A stretch of DNA of 64,000 nucleotides from Syntrophomonas sp. (GTDB taxonomy: Bacteria; Bacillota; Syntrophomonadia; Syntrophomonadales; Syntrophomonadaceae). Location of the stretch: NCBI GenBank assembly GCA_016841425.1, contig JAENZE010000015.1, positions 14,032-78,031 of the forward strand. The letters run 5' to 3'. A program made the translations under genes and the position numbers. Below the pieces are notes generated by a model. The model was not told where the DNA came from, searched no databases, and saw only the letters and a program-made list of their open reading frames with translations. Shown here in pieces: positions 1-10,160 of this stretch (its first letter is position 1; each line of letters begins with the position of its first letter).

Positions 1-1
1 A

Positions 2-2152
2 ATCCAGGCCGGCAAGGGCAAACAGCTTAAACAGGAACTAGCTTCCTGTATAAATCAGGCCATAGAAGCAGTAATAAATGCATTTGCAGGGGAAGAATAT
101 ACTGCCCAGAAAAACATTATATTTAATGATTTTGTAACGGAATCTAACGCTCTGTATCTGGACCTGGATCAGGAAGCACGAGCCCATGGTTTTTCTATTA
201 CTCAGAATCAGCAGGGCGGAGTAAACACTATCCCGATTAACAGAGATGGAGAAGTGATGGGGCAGGACGAGTATGTGGGATTGAGTGAAGAAGAGCGAGC
301 GATCATGATGACCAATAGTGCCCTAGTTCAAGAAAAGATGAACGAGGCCATGAGAAAATACCGCAATATGGAAAAAATTATGAAGGATAAGCTCAAGGTA
401 TTGGAACAGGAGACAGCAGGGCAGGTTACCAAGCCTCAGTTTGATAATTTATTCAGTAAATATCAGCGATACCAAGAAGTTTTGGAATATCTGGCTGCGG
501 TCCAGGAGGATTTTCTTGCTCATCTGGATGTCCTGGTGCATCATGAAGAAAATACTGCCTTGAGTTTTTTCCGGCATATTGATAAACGCTCCTTTTTACG
601 CCGTTATCAAATTAATCTGCTGGTGGATAACTCAGAATATCAATATGCGCCGGTTATTTTTGAAAATAACCCTACTTTTGCTAACCTTTTTGGACAAATA
701 GAATATGAAGGAGAGTTCGGGATCCTGGCTACTGACTTTTCAAAAATCAGAGCCGGATCTATACACCGGGCCAACGGTGGATACCTGGTGCTCAGGGTAT
801 ACGACCTGCTTAAAAATAATTTTGTATGGGATACCTTGAAAAGAATAATAAAAAACAAAGAAATATCAGTAGAAAATATATCCCGTATGATAGGTATTAC
901 TAATACCGAGACTCTGCAGCCGGAGCATATTCCTCTGGATATTAAAGTGATATTAATAGGTGAATCGATATATTACTATCTGCTGCATCATTATGATCAG
1001 GAATTTTCCAAGTTGTTTAAAATTAGGGCTGATTTTGATGACGAAATGAACCGGAGCCGACGGCACGTGAATGATTATGTTCGTCTGATCAGCTCGGTGT
1101 GTGAAACTCAAAACCTTAAGCATTTTAATCCCGAAGCAGTTGCGGGAATAGTAGAATATGGGAGCAGAATGACTGATGATCAACAGAAATTGAGTACCTC
1201 CTTCAATAAGCTAATGGAATTGATATATGAATCTAATTGTGTGGCAGAGTATGATGAGGCTGATTTAGTTACTGGAGAGCATGTGCAGAAAGCTATTGAA
1301 CAAAGGATATACAGGAGTTCGCTATTAGAAGAAAAGATTCAAGAGGCAATAAACCGGAACACATTGATAATCAATGTGGAGGGGAATTTGATCGGGGAGG
1401 TCAATGGTCTGGCAGTTTACCAGGCTGGGGAATATAGATTTGGCAGACCGGTAAGAATCACGGCTAAAACTTTTATGGGAGAAAAAGGACTGGTTAACAT
1501 CGAGAGGGAGATAGCCATGAGCGGCCGCATTCATAGTAAAGGCATATTAACGCTTAACGGCTATTTAGGACATCAATACGCTCAGGATAAGCCCCTTACC
1601 CTGTCAGCCAGCCTCACCTTTGAACAGAGCTATCAGGGAGTGGAAGGAGACAGTGCTTCCAGTGCAGAACTCTATGCCCTGATATCTAGTCTGGCCAGGG
1701 TACCAATAAACCAGAGAATAGCAGTAACTGGGTCAGTAAACCAGAATGGAGAAATACAACCGGTGGGCGGTGTAAATGAAAAAATTGAAGGTTTCTATAA
1801 AGTTTGCAAAGAAAAAGGATTAGTGGGCAGCCATGGAGTTATCATTCCCCGTAAGAACGTGCCTAATCTAATGCTGGATGAAGAAGTAGTGGAAGCAGTA
1901 CGGAGTAAGCTGTTTAATATATGGGCGGTCAGCCATATAGATGAGGGGCTGGAAATTCTAAGTGAAATGGCGGCAGGGGTTAAGGATGACAGAGGGGTCT
2001 TTCCACCCGGGACGGTTCATTATCTGGCCAATCGACAACTGGAGGAATGGAGCCTGAAAAATAAAAAGCATATCCAGGAAAAATCGCTGTCAATAAGCGG
2101 CAAGGCTAAAAATGCTGCGGCAAGCAGCCGAAGGAGGAGAAGGAAAAGATGA
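2..2152 (+). CDS. Lon-like ATP-dependent protease (COG1067 type, C-terminal S16 peptidase domain); 5' end lies outside the window
   Basis: The frame is open from nt 2 with no stop before the listed ORF, so the N-terminus is cut off. The C-terminal Lon protease catalytic region is present (GDSASSAELYALISS ... VGGVNEKIEGFYKVC). The protein ends in a poly-Arg tail (SSRRRRRKR). Confidence 0.85.
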   Translation: MQAGKGKQLKQELASCINQAIEAVINAFAGEEYTAQKNIIFNDFVTESNALYLDLDQEARAHGFSITQNQQGGVNTIPINRDGEVMGQDEYVGLSEEERAIMMTNSALVQEKMNEAMRKYRNMEKIMKDKLKVLEQETAGQVTKPQFDNLFSKYQRYQEVLEYLAAVQEDFLAHLDVLVHHEENTALSFFRHIDKRSFLRRYQINLLVDNSEYQYAPVIFENNPTFANLFGQIEYEGEFGILATDFSKIRAGSIHRANGGYLVLRVYDLLKNNFVWDTLKRIIKNKEISVENISRMIGITNTETLQPEHIPLDIKVILIGESIYYYLLHHYDQEFSKLFKIRADFDDEMNRSRRHVNDYVRLISSVCETQNLKHFNPEAVAGIVEYGSRMTDDQQKLSTSFNKLMELIYESNCVAEYDEADLVTGEHVQKAIEQRIYRSSLLEEKIQEAINRNTLIINVEGNLIGEVNGLAVYQAGEYRFGRPVRITAKTFMGEKGLVNIEREIAMSGRIHSKGILTLNGYLGHQYAQDKPLTLSASLTFEQSYQGVEGDSASSAELYALISSLARVPINQRIAVTGSVNQNGEIQPVGGVNEKIEGFYKVCKEKGLVGSHGVIIPRKNVPNLMLDEEVVEAVRSKLFNIWAVSHIDEGLEILSEMAAGVKDDRGVFPPGTVHYLANRQLEEWSLKNKKHIQEKSLSISGKAKNAAASSRRRRRKR

Positions 2153-2478
2153 GGGCACCAAAATGTATGATCGTCATTCTGATGCTGCTGTTTTTACTGC
2201 CACTGGGTGGATGCAGCTATGATTTTTCAGAGATATTAGGCATTCCCTCAGGAAGCAGTCAGCCTGAATTGATTAAGGCCAAAATATATTTTACCGATGG
2301 ACAGAGTCTGGAAACTTACATAAAGGATCTTGGAATACAACAGGATGGAAAAGTCTATGTAGGAGGTTCATCCCTTAATTATCTATATGATTCCAGAGGC
2401 AATATTGTGGGTTCATACAATTATCAGAGAGTATTATTCATCAAAGTTATTCCCAGTTCAGAGGAAGAACCTTCATAA
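2149..2478 (+). CDS. small lipoprotein, function unknown
   Basis: ATGA overlap with the Lon-like gene and a GGAGGAG RBS. Signal peptide with lipobox LPLGG-C. Confidence 0.7.
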   Translation: MRAPKCMIVILMLLFLLPLGGCSYDFSEILGIPSGSSQPELIKAKIYFTDGQSLETYIKDLGIQQDGKVYVGGSSLNYLYDSRGNIVGSYNYQRVLFIKVIPSSEEEPS

Positions 2479-2635
2479 AAAAACTTAAGAAAAAAAAAAT
2501 ATATTCGATAAATAAACAGGGGGTGTGGAAGAAATAACATCTCCTGTTTTCTTATGATATAAGGGACAATGGTGGGGGTTGAGAAGGAGGGAAGAGATTT
2601 AATAAAAGTTCTATCGAATCAGTGGAGGGATTAAA

Positions 2636-4354
2636 TTGAATTCTATTGAAAGCTTACTTCGTAAAATAAGTGTCAGGATACGCCTAATACTAGCATTTAC
2701 TCTTATTCTGGCATCTGTCACAGGAATTATGGGAATATATGCAACATCAGTGATGTCAGAAAAAATTACTAAATCAGCTCAGGAGAAGTTGAGTTCAGAT
2801 CTTGATATGGGCTGGCAGATGTTGGATTATTACTATCCCGGAGATTGGCAGATTAAGAACCAGCAGCTGTATAAAGGCCAGGTGTTGATGGAAGAAAACT
2901 ATGAACTGATTGATAAAATCGGTGAACTGACGGGTGGAGATACAGTTACCATCTTTAAAGGGGATACCCGGGTATCAACCAATGTAATGAATAATAATGA
3001 GAGGTGTGTTGGTACGCAGGTATCTGATGTGGTTGCTGAGACAGTATTGAAAAAGGGAGAAAAATATGTAGGCCGGGCTGAAGTGGTTGGAACCTGGAAT
3101 GAAACTGCCTATCAACCTATTCAGGATGATAAAGGAGAAATAATTGGTATATGGTATGTGGGTGTACCAGCTACTCCATATGATGATGCAGTAAACGAAT
3201 TCAGGAACACTATGGTAGTTTATTCCGGGATAGGCATACTGATAGGATTCCTGGCAGCCTTCTTGATTGCTTTTACTGTGTATACTCCTCTGAGGAGGAT
3301 AACAGAAGGTGTCGAAGTGATCAGCCAGGGTGATTTAACTTACAAGGTACCGGTCAAGGCTAATGACGAACCAGGTAAAGTAGCTGATATGGTTAATAAG
3401 ATGGTTGAGAGTATGTCTGCTTTGATAGGGGGGACCAGGCAGTTGTCAGAACAGGTGGGAAGAGCATCTTCCCACATAACCGGACTTATAGATAATAGTA
3501 CCAAAATGGTGGGAGATATGTCAGTGCAGGCAGAGAAGATGAATGATGAAGCAGTCCGCCAGGTCGAACTTGCTGAAGGTTCCAGAGTGGTATTAAGTGA
3601 AATGTCTGCTGCTATCCAGCAGGTAGCTGCCAATTCCAGCGATGTATCAAATTTTGTGGCAGATGCTACCTTCAAGGCTAAAGAAGGCGGCGAAGAAGTA
3701 GACAAGGCTATCAAGCAGATGGATGTCATTAGTGAAGCAGTTAATTCAACTGCAGTTATTGTAGAAGGTCTGGGAACAAAATCCCAGGAGATAGGCCAGA
3801 TCGTAGTTTTAATTACCGATATAGCCAACCAGACCAATTTGCTGGCACTGAACGCTGCTATCGAAGCAGCCCGGGCAGGAGAGCAGGGCAAGGGTTTTGC
3901 TGTAGTAGCTGAAGAAGTGAGGAAATTAGCAGAAGAATCAGGTGAAGCTGCCAATCGCATTTCAGAATTGATAAAAGAAATGCAGGCGGGAGCAGGTAAT
4001 GCAGTGCAAGCTATGCAGGAAGGAACCCGCGAAGTATCCAATGGCATACAGGTGGTGGCTCATGCTGGCAGTGCCTTTAAGGAAATTATCGATGCAGTGG
4101 GCACTGTGAATATGCAGATACAAGAAGTGTCGGCCGCCAGCGAAGAAATGGCTGCCAGTGCCCAGACTGCCTTTGAGTCTGTTCAAGAGACTGCCAGTGC
4201 AGCAGAAAAAAATTCTATATATGCCCGGGATATAACCCGTTTGACAGCAGAACAGATGGCCAGCATAGAAAACATGAATCAATCGGTGTCCGAATTAAAC
4301 CAGGTAGTTACCGAAATGAACAAGTCCATTAGATTTTTTAAAGTTCAAGATTAA
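2636..4354 (+). CDS. methyl-accepting chemotaxis protein with periplasmic Cache-type sensor and HAMP domain
   Basis: Two TM segments flank a roughly 160-aa Cache-like domain. The highly conserved MCP signalling hairpin is present ([37 protein letters not shown]). TTG start preceded by GGAGGGA. Confidence 0.9.
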   Translation: MNSIESLLRKISVRIRLILAFTLILASVTGIMGIYATSVMSEKITKSAQEKLSSDLDMGWQMLDYYYPGDWQIKNQQLYKGQVLMEENYELIDKIGELTGGDTVTIFKGDTRVSTNVMNNNERCVGTQVSDVVAETVLKKGEKYVGRAEVVGTWNETAYQPIQDDKGEIIGIWYVGVPATPYDDAVNEFRNTMVVYSGIGILIGFLAAFLIAFTVYTPLRRITEGVEVISQGDLTYKVPVKANDEPGKVADMVNKMVESMSALIGGTRQLSEQVGRASSHITGLIDNSTKMVGDMSVQAEKMNDEAVRQVELAEGSRVVLSEMSAAIQQVAANSSDVSNFVADATFKAKEGGEEVDKAIKQMDVISEAVNSTAVIVEGLGTKSQEIGQIVVLITDIANQTNLLALNAAIEAARAGEQGKGFAVVAEEVRKLAEESGEAANRISELIKEMQAGAGNAVQAMQEGTREVSNGIQVVAHAGSAFKEIIDAVGTVNMQIQEVSAASEEMAASAQTAFESVQETASAAEKNSIYARDITRLTAEQMASIENMNQSVSELNQVVTEMNKSIRFFKVQD

Positions 4355-4371
4355 TATAGTTTTTAATTCTG

Positions 4372-4417
4372 AGCCCATTTTATTCTATAATTAATAGAAT
4401 AGAATGGGCTTATTTTA
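4372..4417 (+). terminator. rho-independent terminator after the MCP gene
   Basis: AGCCCATTTTATTCTA / TAGAATAGAATGGGCT stem with one mismatch, followed by TATTTTA. Confidence 0.7.
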
Positions 4418-4429
4418 TGGGAGGATATT

Positions 4430-5086
4430 GTGAAAAAACTGCAAATAACCAAAAACACTATGCAGGGGCTTCCGGGCTATGAAATAAGTATAATAAACCA
4501 GAAGGTCAGCATTCAAGACTTGTTGGATGAATTAAACCGGTTTATTGAGGAAGGAAACTTGGAACGCCTGTGGCCAGTAGAACAGCACGGCTGTTATGGA
4601 TGCGACCTTTGCTGTCACGAACCCCTTCCCCTGACTTCGATAGATGTAAGAAACATATGTCAGGCCCGAGGGATCAATTTGATTGACGCTTATCAATATT
4701 TATGGGTAGAAGCACAGGATAATATAATTGATATAACTCTCAGACGAGTTCGGGGAGGTAAGTGTATCTTTCTGCAGTCCAATTCCATCTGTTCAATATA
4801 TGAGAATCGTCCTTTTCTATGCCAGACTTATATATGCTGTCAAACTGCTCCGTTATTTGAAGAATTAAGGAGCCAGGTGGTCAATACCGGGATGGATGAA
4901 TTGATACGGTCCAGTATTCATGAATTCTCATCTATTGGCCAAACTCTTCCTGTAAACCGGAGCCGTAATGCCAGGGTGAATATCAAGGATTGGGAAAAAA
5001 ATCAATTTACCGGCAAAAAGAATTATTCACAGATTCTAATAAAAAATGTATTATCTTCAGATTTATTCAAACACATGTTACTATAA
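4430..5086 (+). CDS. YkgJ-family zinc/iron-chelating Cys-cluster protein (CxxCxxCC)
   Basis: CYGCDLCC motif plus the downstream GKCIFL...CSIYENRPFLCQ pattern typical of the CxxCxxCC family. GTG start with GGGAGGA RBS. Confidence 0.7.
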   Translation: MKKLQITKNTMQGLPGYEISIINQKVSIQDLLDELNRFIEEGNLERLWPVEQHGCYGCDLCCHEPLPLTSIDVRNICQARGINLIDAYQYLWVEAQDNIIDITLRRVRGGKCIFLQSNSICSIYENRPFLCQTYICCQTAPLFEELRSQVVNTGMDELIRSSIHEFSSIGQTLPVNRSRNARVNIKDWEKNQFTGKKNYSQILIKNVLSSDLFKHMLL

Positions 5087-5114
5087 GGATGGAGATATAG
5101 TTGGGAGAGGAGGA

Positions 5115-5306
5115 ATGACCATGGGCATAACAATCTCTGCCAGATGCCTTCTGTGCGGCAAGAACTGGGATGTAGATGAAGATCACAAAGACTTCAAAAA
5201 ACTGGTAGAGCAGCAGAAAGAACTTCCGACCTTCATTTGTGATTTATGCAGTTATCGGGTAAGGCATGAATCAGAAGAAAAAAGCAAACCCCAGAAGCCT
5301 ATGTAA
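5115..5306 (+). CDS. small zinc-ribbon-like protein (two CxxC pairs)
   Basis: The internal ATG at 5115 follows GGAGAGGAGG. The longer listed ORF (from 5046) overlaps the previous gene and has no RBS. CLLCG ... CDLCS motifs. Confidence 0.55.
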   Translation: MTMGITISARCLLCGKNWDVDEDHKDFKKLVEQQKELPTFICDLCSYRVRHESEEKSKPQKPM

Positions 5307-5338
5307 GATCATAAGCTTATAAGAAGTGAGGGATGTTA

Positions 5339-6094
5339 GTGCAAACCCTGAAAATAATAAAGGAAAATCAGGAAAGAATAGCTGCCCTGATCTTCTTGCC
5401 GGACAGTTTTAATTATCTTTTAATAACCTGCCACGGATTCAGGGGAAGAAAAGAAAATAGTGATCGTATATGTGCATTTGCTGATCAAATAAATGAGCTT
5501 GGGTTAGGGGTTATAGCATTTGACTTTACCGGTTCAGGTGAGAGTGATGGTGAATTTAGTGAGATTACCCTGACCCGACAGGTGCAGGACTTAAAAACAG
5601 TAATTGACTATGCATATCGTACCTACAAAAAACCGATTATACTATTGGGCAGAAGTTTAGGCGGAAGTACCGTGCTGGCAGGCGGAGCAGAGGACAGCAA
5701 AGTGAAGGGCTTTATATTATGGTCTACTCCAGTTGAACTGCAGCAGACCTTTACTCGAGTTATGGAAGAAGCCTATGAAGACTTGATCAAAGGCAAAACA
5801 GTAAACATCAGTGACGAATCGGGTGCTTATCATATTAAACCAACTTTTGTTGAAGATTTTTATCAACATAATATGGATGACTACCTGAAGCAAATACGTA
5901 ATCGACCAGTTCTAATTGTACAGGGACAGGATGACAAGGTAGTAGCGGTTTATAATGCGCGATATATGTTCAATAGACTTTGTAATGCGGAAATGGTAAT
6001 AGTGGATGATGCCGATCACCGATTTGAAAATAAAATCAGGGATCGAGAAGAGATTACTATTAAGTGGCTGAGAAAACACTTCATAGATAAATAG
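5339..6094 (+). CDS. alpha/beta-fold hydrolase
   Basis: Nucleophile elbow GRSLGG, an HGF-type oxyanion region and a C-terminal DDADH. GTG 5339 has better RBS spacing than ATG 5333, which abuts GAGGG; either start is possible. Confidence 0.75.
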   Translation: MQTLKIIKENQERIAALIFLPDSFNYLLITCHGFRGRKENSDRICAFADQINELGLGVIAFDFTGSGESDGEFSEITLTRQVQDLKTVIDYAYRTYKKPIILLGRSLGGSTVLAGGAEDSKVKGFILWSTPVELQQTFTRVMEEAYEDLIKGKTVNISDESGAYHIKPTFVEDFYQHNMDDYLKQIRNRPVLIVQGQDDKVVAVYNARYMFNRLCNAEMVIVDDADHRFENKIRDREEITIKWLRKHFIDK

Positions 6095-6186
6095 AGGAGT
6101 GCTGGAAGATAGACTTTAGCAGTATTGACGTACTAGCAGCATATATTGGTAAATTTGGAGTTTATGGATCAATAGTAATAATAATA

Positions 6187-6699
6187 ATGTTCTTTATACA
6201 ATCCATTGTACCAGTTATACCATACGGAATACTGGCCGGGTCGGCCGGAATCATATATGGTAATGTAACCGGATTTGTTATGGCCTGGAGCGGTGCGTTT
6301 GCAGGTACTTTTAGCATCTACCTGTTGTCAAGATATGCTGGGAAGGGATTTTTCAAACACATATTGGACAAGAAGTATCAATTAGACTTTGAAAATATGA
6401 ACTCCAAAACAATTTTTTTGTTGCTGTTAATTGTTAGAGTGTTCCCGGTTGTACCTACCCCGGTAATAAATATAGGCTCTGGACTAAGCGGGGTACCTAT
6501 GAGTACATTTGTATCATCTTCAGCTCTGGGAATGGTACCCTGGGCTGCAGCTTACGTTGCTCTGGGCGATTACTTTAATCGCAGCCGCGATATCAGCATT
6601 ACCCTGGCTATTCTGGGGGCTTTATTAATTATCATTATAACCGGGGTTTTTTATCTGAGAAAACACATTCATATAGTAAAAGGGTCAGAGGAAAGATGA
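6187..6699 (+). CDS. TVP38/TMEM64 (DedA-related) family membrane protein; true start probably upstream or non-canonical
   Basis: Multi-TM protein with a VIPYGILAGSAGIIYG-type core and a VFPVVP motif. The frame is open back to 6091 but contains no ATG, GTG or TTG. The only RBS (GAGGAG, 6094-6099) is far upstream of the ATG at 6187. Confidence 0.65.
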   Translation: MFFIQSIVPVIPYGILAGSAGIIYGNVTGFVMAWSGAFAGTFSIYLLSRYAGKGFFKHILDKKYQLDFENMNSKTIFLLLLIVRVFPVVPTPVINIGSGLSGVPMSTFVSSSALGMVPWAAAYVALGDYFNRSRDISITLAILGALLIIIITGVFYLRKHIHIVKGSEER

Positions 6700-6866
6700 T
6701 TTCTTATAACAGAGTAAGGTTACGTAGAGATTGTACTTATTAGTATAATTAAGGTGTTAGTGAATACACATATATAAACGCAGGTATATTAAGATACCAA
6801 ATCAATTTTTTTACTGCAATACATACGCTTCACCTGGAGTTTATTATTAAATAGGGGGGTGAAGCA

Positions 6867-7058
6867 ATGGAATATGGAGATATAGTTATAGTTAATAACC
6901 CTGGTCATCCATTCTACAATTATGTAGGAAAAATAGTAGGCAGACGGGGTAAGAGAAATCCTGATGATATTTTAATGTTGGTATTAATCAATAATAGATC
7001 ATATATAATACCCGAATCCATGTTGAGCATATATTACCAAAACCAGGAGAATAATTAA
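6867..7058 (+). CDS. small hypothetical protein (63 aa)
   Basis: Strong RBS (AGGGGGGTGAAGCAATG). No family recognised. Confidence 0.5.
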   Translation: MEYGDIVIVNNPGHPFYNYVGKIVGRRGKRNPDDILMLVLINNRSYIIPESMLSIYYQNQENN

Positions 7059-7214
7059 AAGTGCTCTTAATACCTTCTGTTATAACCGGGGATTCTTTAA
7101 TAGCAGTAGAAATTATAAAAGGCAGCGTGTTGTGTAAGGCTTATAATTTTAAATATTCTCCAGGTTATAGAAGAATACCTTCGGTCAAAATTACCCTTAA
7201 AGGTGGGGGGCTTA

Positions 7215-7922
7215 ATGTGGTACATATACACCAGTCGGAAGGGTAATAATTACCCGCTGGAATTTGGTTACCGGGCTATTGAAACTGGAGAAATCAAGCA
7301 TAATTATGCACAGATTACTGACTTTTGTAAAAAAGGCTGCGAAAATTACGGTTCAGGTGGCTGTCCACCCTGGGCTCCCGCATTTGCAGATATTCAGACC
7401 CAATATAAGCATGGAATTCTAGTTTTTGCCAGGTTTTTTTCCAGGTATAAACCCGATAACTTCGCTGGCTGCGATATTCCATATCTACAATACAGCTTTC
7501 AGGACATTGTCTTATCCAGCTTATTAACTCAACTTGGATATCAAGTCAAAAAATTTATACCGGAAGATGTGTTGTTTCTAAACAGCGGACACTGCATGGG
7601 CTGTGGTTTGCTGACCTGTAGTTTCTTGAAAGGAGAGTTATACTGCAGAAACCCGCAGCGAAGGACTTACGCTATCGGGGCAACTGGGGTAGAGGTGATT
7701 TTCCTCCTGAACCACGCTTTTGGTATCAACCTGGAGTGGTATACTGCAGATAATCAGCAGCAGGTTAATTGTATCACTAAAACTATGGGGTTTTTCTGCC
7801 AGGGAAGAGCAGTTCAGAATCAAATTATGGATAACATGATATCTAATTTGAATGCCCTGCCGTGCAGCCGATTTGAAATACCAGGCGAAGAGTACCTGTT
7901 AACTTTGAAGAAGCTGTTATGA
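7215..7922 (+). CDS. Cys-rich predicted metal-binding protein (DUF2284-like)
   Basis: ATG 7215 follows AGGTGGGGGG. The CKKGCENYGSGGCPPWAP motif resembles the DUF2284 signature. Confidence 0.55.
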   Translation: MWYIYTSRKGNNYPLEFGYRAIETGEIKHNYAQITDFCKKGCENYGSGGCPPWAPAFADIQTQYKHGILVFARFFSRYKPDNFAGCDIPYLQYSFQDIVLSSLLTQLGYQVKKFIPEDVLFLNSGHCMGCGLLTCSFLKGELYCRNPQRRTYAIGATGVEVIFLLNHAFGINLEWYTADNQQQVNCITKTMGFFCQGRAVQNQIMDNMISNLNALPCSRFEIPGEEYLLTLKKLL

Positions 7923-7931
7923 ACCTGGATT

Positions 7932-9062
7932 TTAATAGGAGGGCTGGAAAGAAGGAACCCGGCCCCGGGTATTAATATATTCAGCTATTCTGTTACGTCC
8001 CATACGCTTGGCTTGATAAAGTGCATCGTCAGCCTTTTCGATAAAGCTTATAGCCGTGTCATCAATATCCAAATCCAACTCGGCAACTCCTCCGCTCAGC
8101 GTAACTTTGATGCCATCACCTATAATCAGATTTTCGATTTCCGTTATCAGCCGCTGGGCCAATGCAGACGCTTCCTGGACGCCTATCCCCGGGCATATTA
8201 CTATAAATTCCTCTCCTCCATATCGTCCTGCTAAATCCGAACTTCTAATATTATTTTTCAAGCTGCTGGCAACCTCAACTAACACTTTATTGCCAAATTC
8301 ATGGCCAAAGGTATCATTAATATTTTTAAAGTAATCCAGATCAAGCATAATAATGCTCAGTTTATCAGGGTTACGCCGGCTATCGATAATAATATCCTCC
8401 AGCAGTTTATATATATAAGAATGATTAAAGAGTCCAGTAAGTCCGTCGGTAATAGCCATTTCCTCCAACAGCTGTGAGTACTGCAGGACCCGGGCCCGTT
8501 CGTGATCATAGTTCCTTATATATACCAGAAAAAGCAGGATGGTTAATCCTATAGTGATAACCATGGAAGAAATTACATCGAAATACCTCAGTATACGTTT
8601 ATCAATATAATAAATCTGTTGGGGATAGAAATACTCAAAGATTCCCAGACCAATTACTATTAAGACCAGCAAGAAAATAAATAAATTACGTTTCCAATCC
8701 GAACATATGGCACATATTACCAGACCGTAAAACATGACGGTATAATGGGCTCCTCCATCGGTACCCCCATTAAAAATCCACGAGGCTGGAGTAAAAATAA
8801 GTATTAATAAAATGCAGGCGGCGGTAATAGATGGTTCTAAAATACATTTTAAGCGAGAAAGGTAATAAATTAAGATCATTAACATCGTGTAAACAAAAAT
8901 ACTGATATTAAGAAGAGGAGAAAGGTTCAAGAAAAGATTTTCAATCCCTACGATTAGTGCTACCACGATAGCAACAGCTGCAGTAATGTTGAAAATGCGG
9001 TGCTTTAGACTGAATGAATCGGGATTTCCACCTACTAATAGGGATAGTTTTTTTATATCCAT
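7932..9062 (-). CDS. membrane-anchored diguanylate cyclase (GGDEF domain)
   Basis: About six N-terminal TM helices, then a GGDEF domain with the active-site motif RYGGEEF and the LTGLFNH / DLDYFKNIND motifs. Confidence 0.9.
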   Translation of the reverse strand: MDIKKLSLLVGGNPDSFSLKHRIFNITAAVAIVVALIVGIENLFLNLSPLLNISIFVYTMLMILIYYLSRLKCILEPSITAACILLILIFTPASWIFNGGTDGGAHYTVMFYGLVICAICSDWKRNLFIFLLVLIVIGLGIFEYFYPQQIYYIDKRILRYFDVISSMVITIGLTILLFLVYIRNYDHERARVLQYSQLLEEMAITDGLTGLFNHSYIYKLLEDIIIDSRRNPDKLSIIMLDLDYFKNINDTFGHEFGNKVLVEVASSLKNNIRSSDLAGRYGGEEFIVICPGIGVQEASALAQRLITEIENLIIGDGIKVTLSGGVAELDLDIDDTAISFIEKADDALYQAKRMGRNRIAEYINTRGRVPSFQPSY

Positions 9063-9227
9063 GTATGTTACCTTCCTGCAAAAAGCAAAACTATTATATA
9101 TATTACTATCGGAAGGTGAGCATTAAATCATAAGATTTTTTAGCTTGAAAATATGCAACATGAGGTGAGGCATGCTTATAGTCAGAGACGGTACAGGGAT
9201 ATACAAAGAAAAGGATGATTATTAGAA

Positions 9228-9950
9228 TTAAAATTTTAATCGATTCATAATCTGCTTTTTGGTAGCCATATAATATCCCTGCTCAATCGCTTTGATTTCA
9301 TAATTACTCTGCTCCAATTGCTGTTCATAATGATTACTGAGCTTGATTATCTCTGGGCTAAAGACATATTTTCCCAAGAAGTTGAATAGTACGCCACTGG
9401 TCCTAGGTGTTATATTGAATAGAAGTATGAACAGAATTACGTTAGCCAGCAATAGGAGTAAATTAAGATATTCAATTTTGCTTAATACCAGCAAGCCCAG
9501 TATAAAAATGGCTAAACAAGTTATAAAGACCATTAAAGCTAAACCTTTGGCACTTTGTATACTGATTATTGCCCTCCTATAATACCGAATATGTATTTTT
9601 AATATGGACAACTGGGAGTCTACATCCAGCTTGCGAAAATCTTCATCCGGTATTTTTAACACGCCATAATCAATTTTTTGGATAGAATCAATAATAATGA
9701 TAAATAAAAAACGGACAGGATAATATAAAAAGAAGGTAAGAATAATGCCTGCCAGGGCCGGCCAGAGAAAGCCATAAATGCCTCCTAATACAGCATAGAG
9801 CAGCAGCGATGCGCCCGCAGTATATTGGGCCCACGATGGGTGGGGCTTTAAACGGTCAGATAATTTATAAAATATAAATGATAGAATGATCATTCCCACA
9901 AGAAACAGAACGGTATTAATATCGATAGTGAGTGGCGCTAAATCAAACAT
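9228..9950 (-). CDS. polytopic membrane protein, function unknown
   Basis: Hydrophobic segments throughout and a GGAGG RBS. No recognisable family. Confidence 0.55.
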   Translation of the reverse strand: MFDLAPLTIDINTVLFLVGMIILSFIFYKLSDRLKPHPSWAQYTAGASLLLYAVLGGIYGFLWPALAGIILTFFLYYPVRFLFIIIIDSIQKIDYGVLKIPDEDFRKLDVDSQLSILKIHIRYYRRAIISIQSAKGLALMVFITCLAIFILGLLVLSKIEYLNLLLLLANVILFILLFNITPRTSGVLFNFLGKYVFSPEIIKLSNHYEQQLEQSNYEIKAIEQGYYMATKKQIMNRLKF

Positions 9951-10160
9951 ATAACCTCCTATAATTGATGGAAATAAAACAACAATTAGGTACTATGGTC
10001 ATAAATTGATTATACAATATTCGGGTGTAAAACAAAAGTAAAATAATGATACAATTTTCTTAAAATTATTTACTGCATTATATTGATAATCATATGATAA
10101 CAAATTGATGAGCAAAAAAACGAATAAAAAATATATAATTTTTATTGAGGTGCTAATAAA

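Noticed and set aside
3340-4047. 235-aa minus-strand ORF inside the MCP gene (also 3962-4282).
   Set aside because: It is an Ala/Ser/Thr-rich mirror-frame product of the MCP coiled-coil region. It has no RBS and lies entirely inside a confidently identified gene.
7061-7246. 61-aa GTG-initiated ORF between the small 63-aa gene and the DUF2284-like gene.
   Set aside because: It has no RBS, its 3' end overlaps the better-supported gene, and its composition is uninformative.
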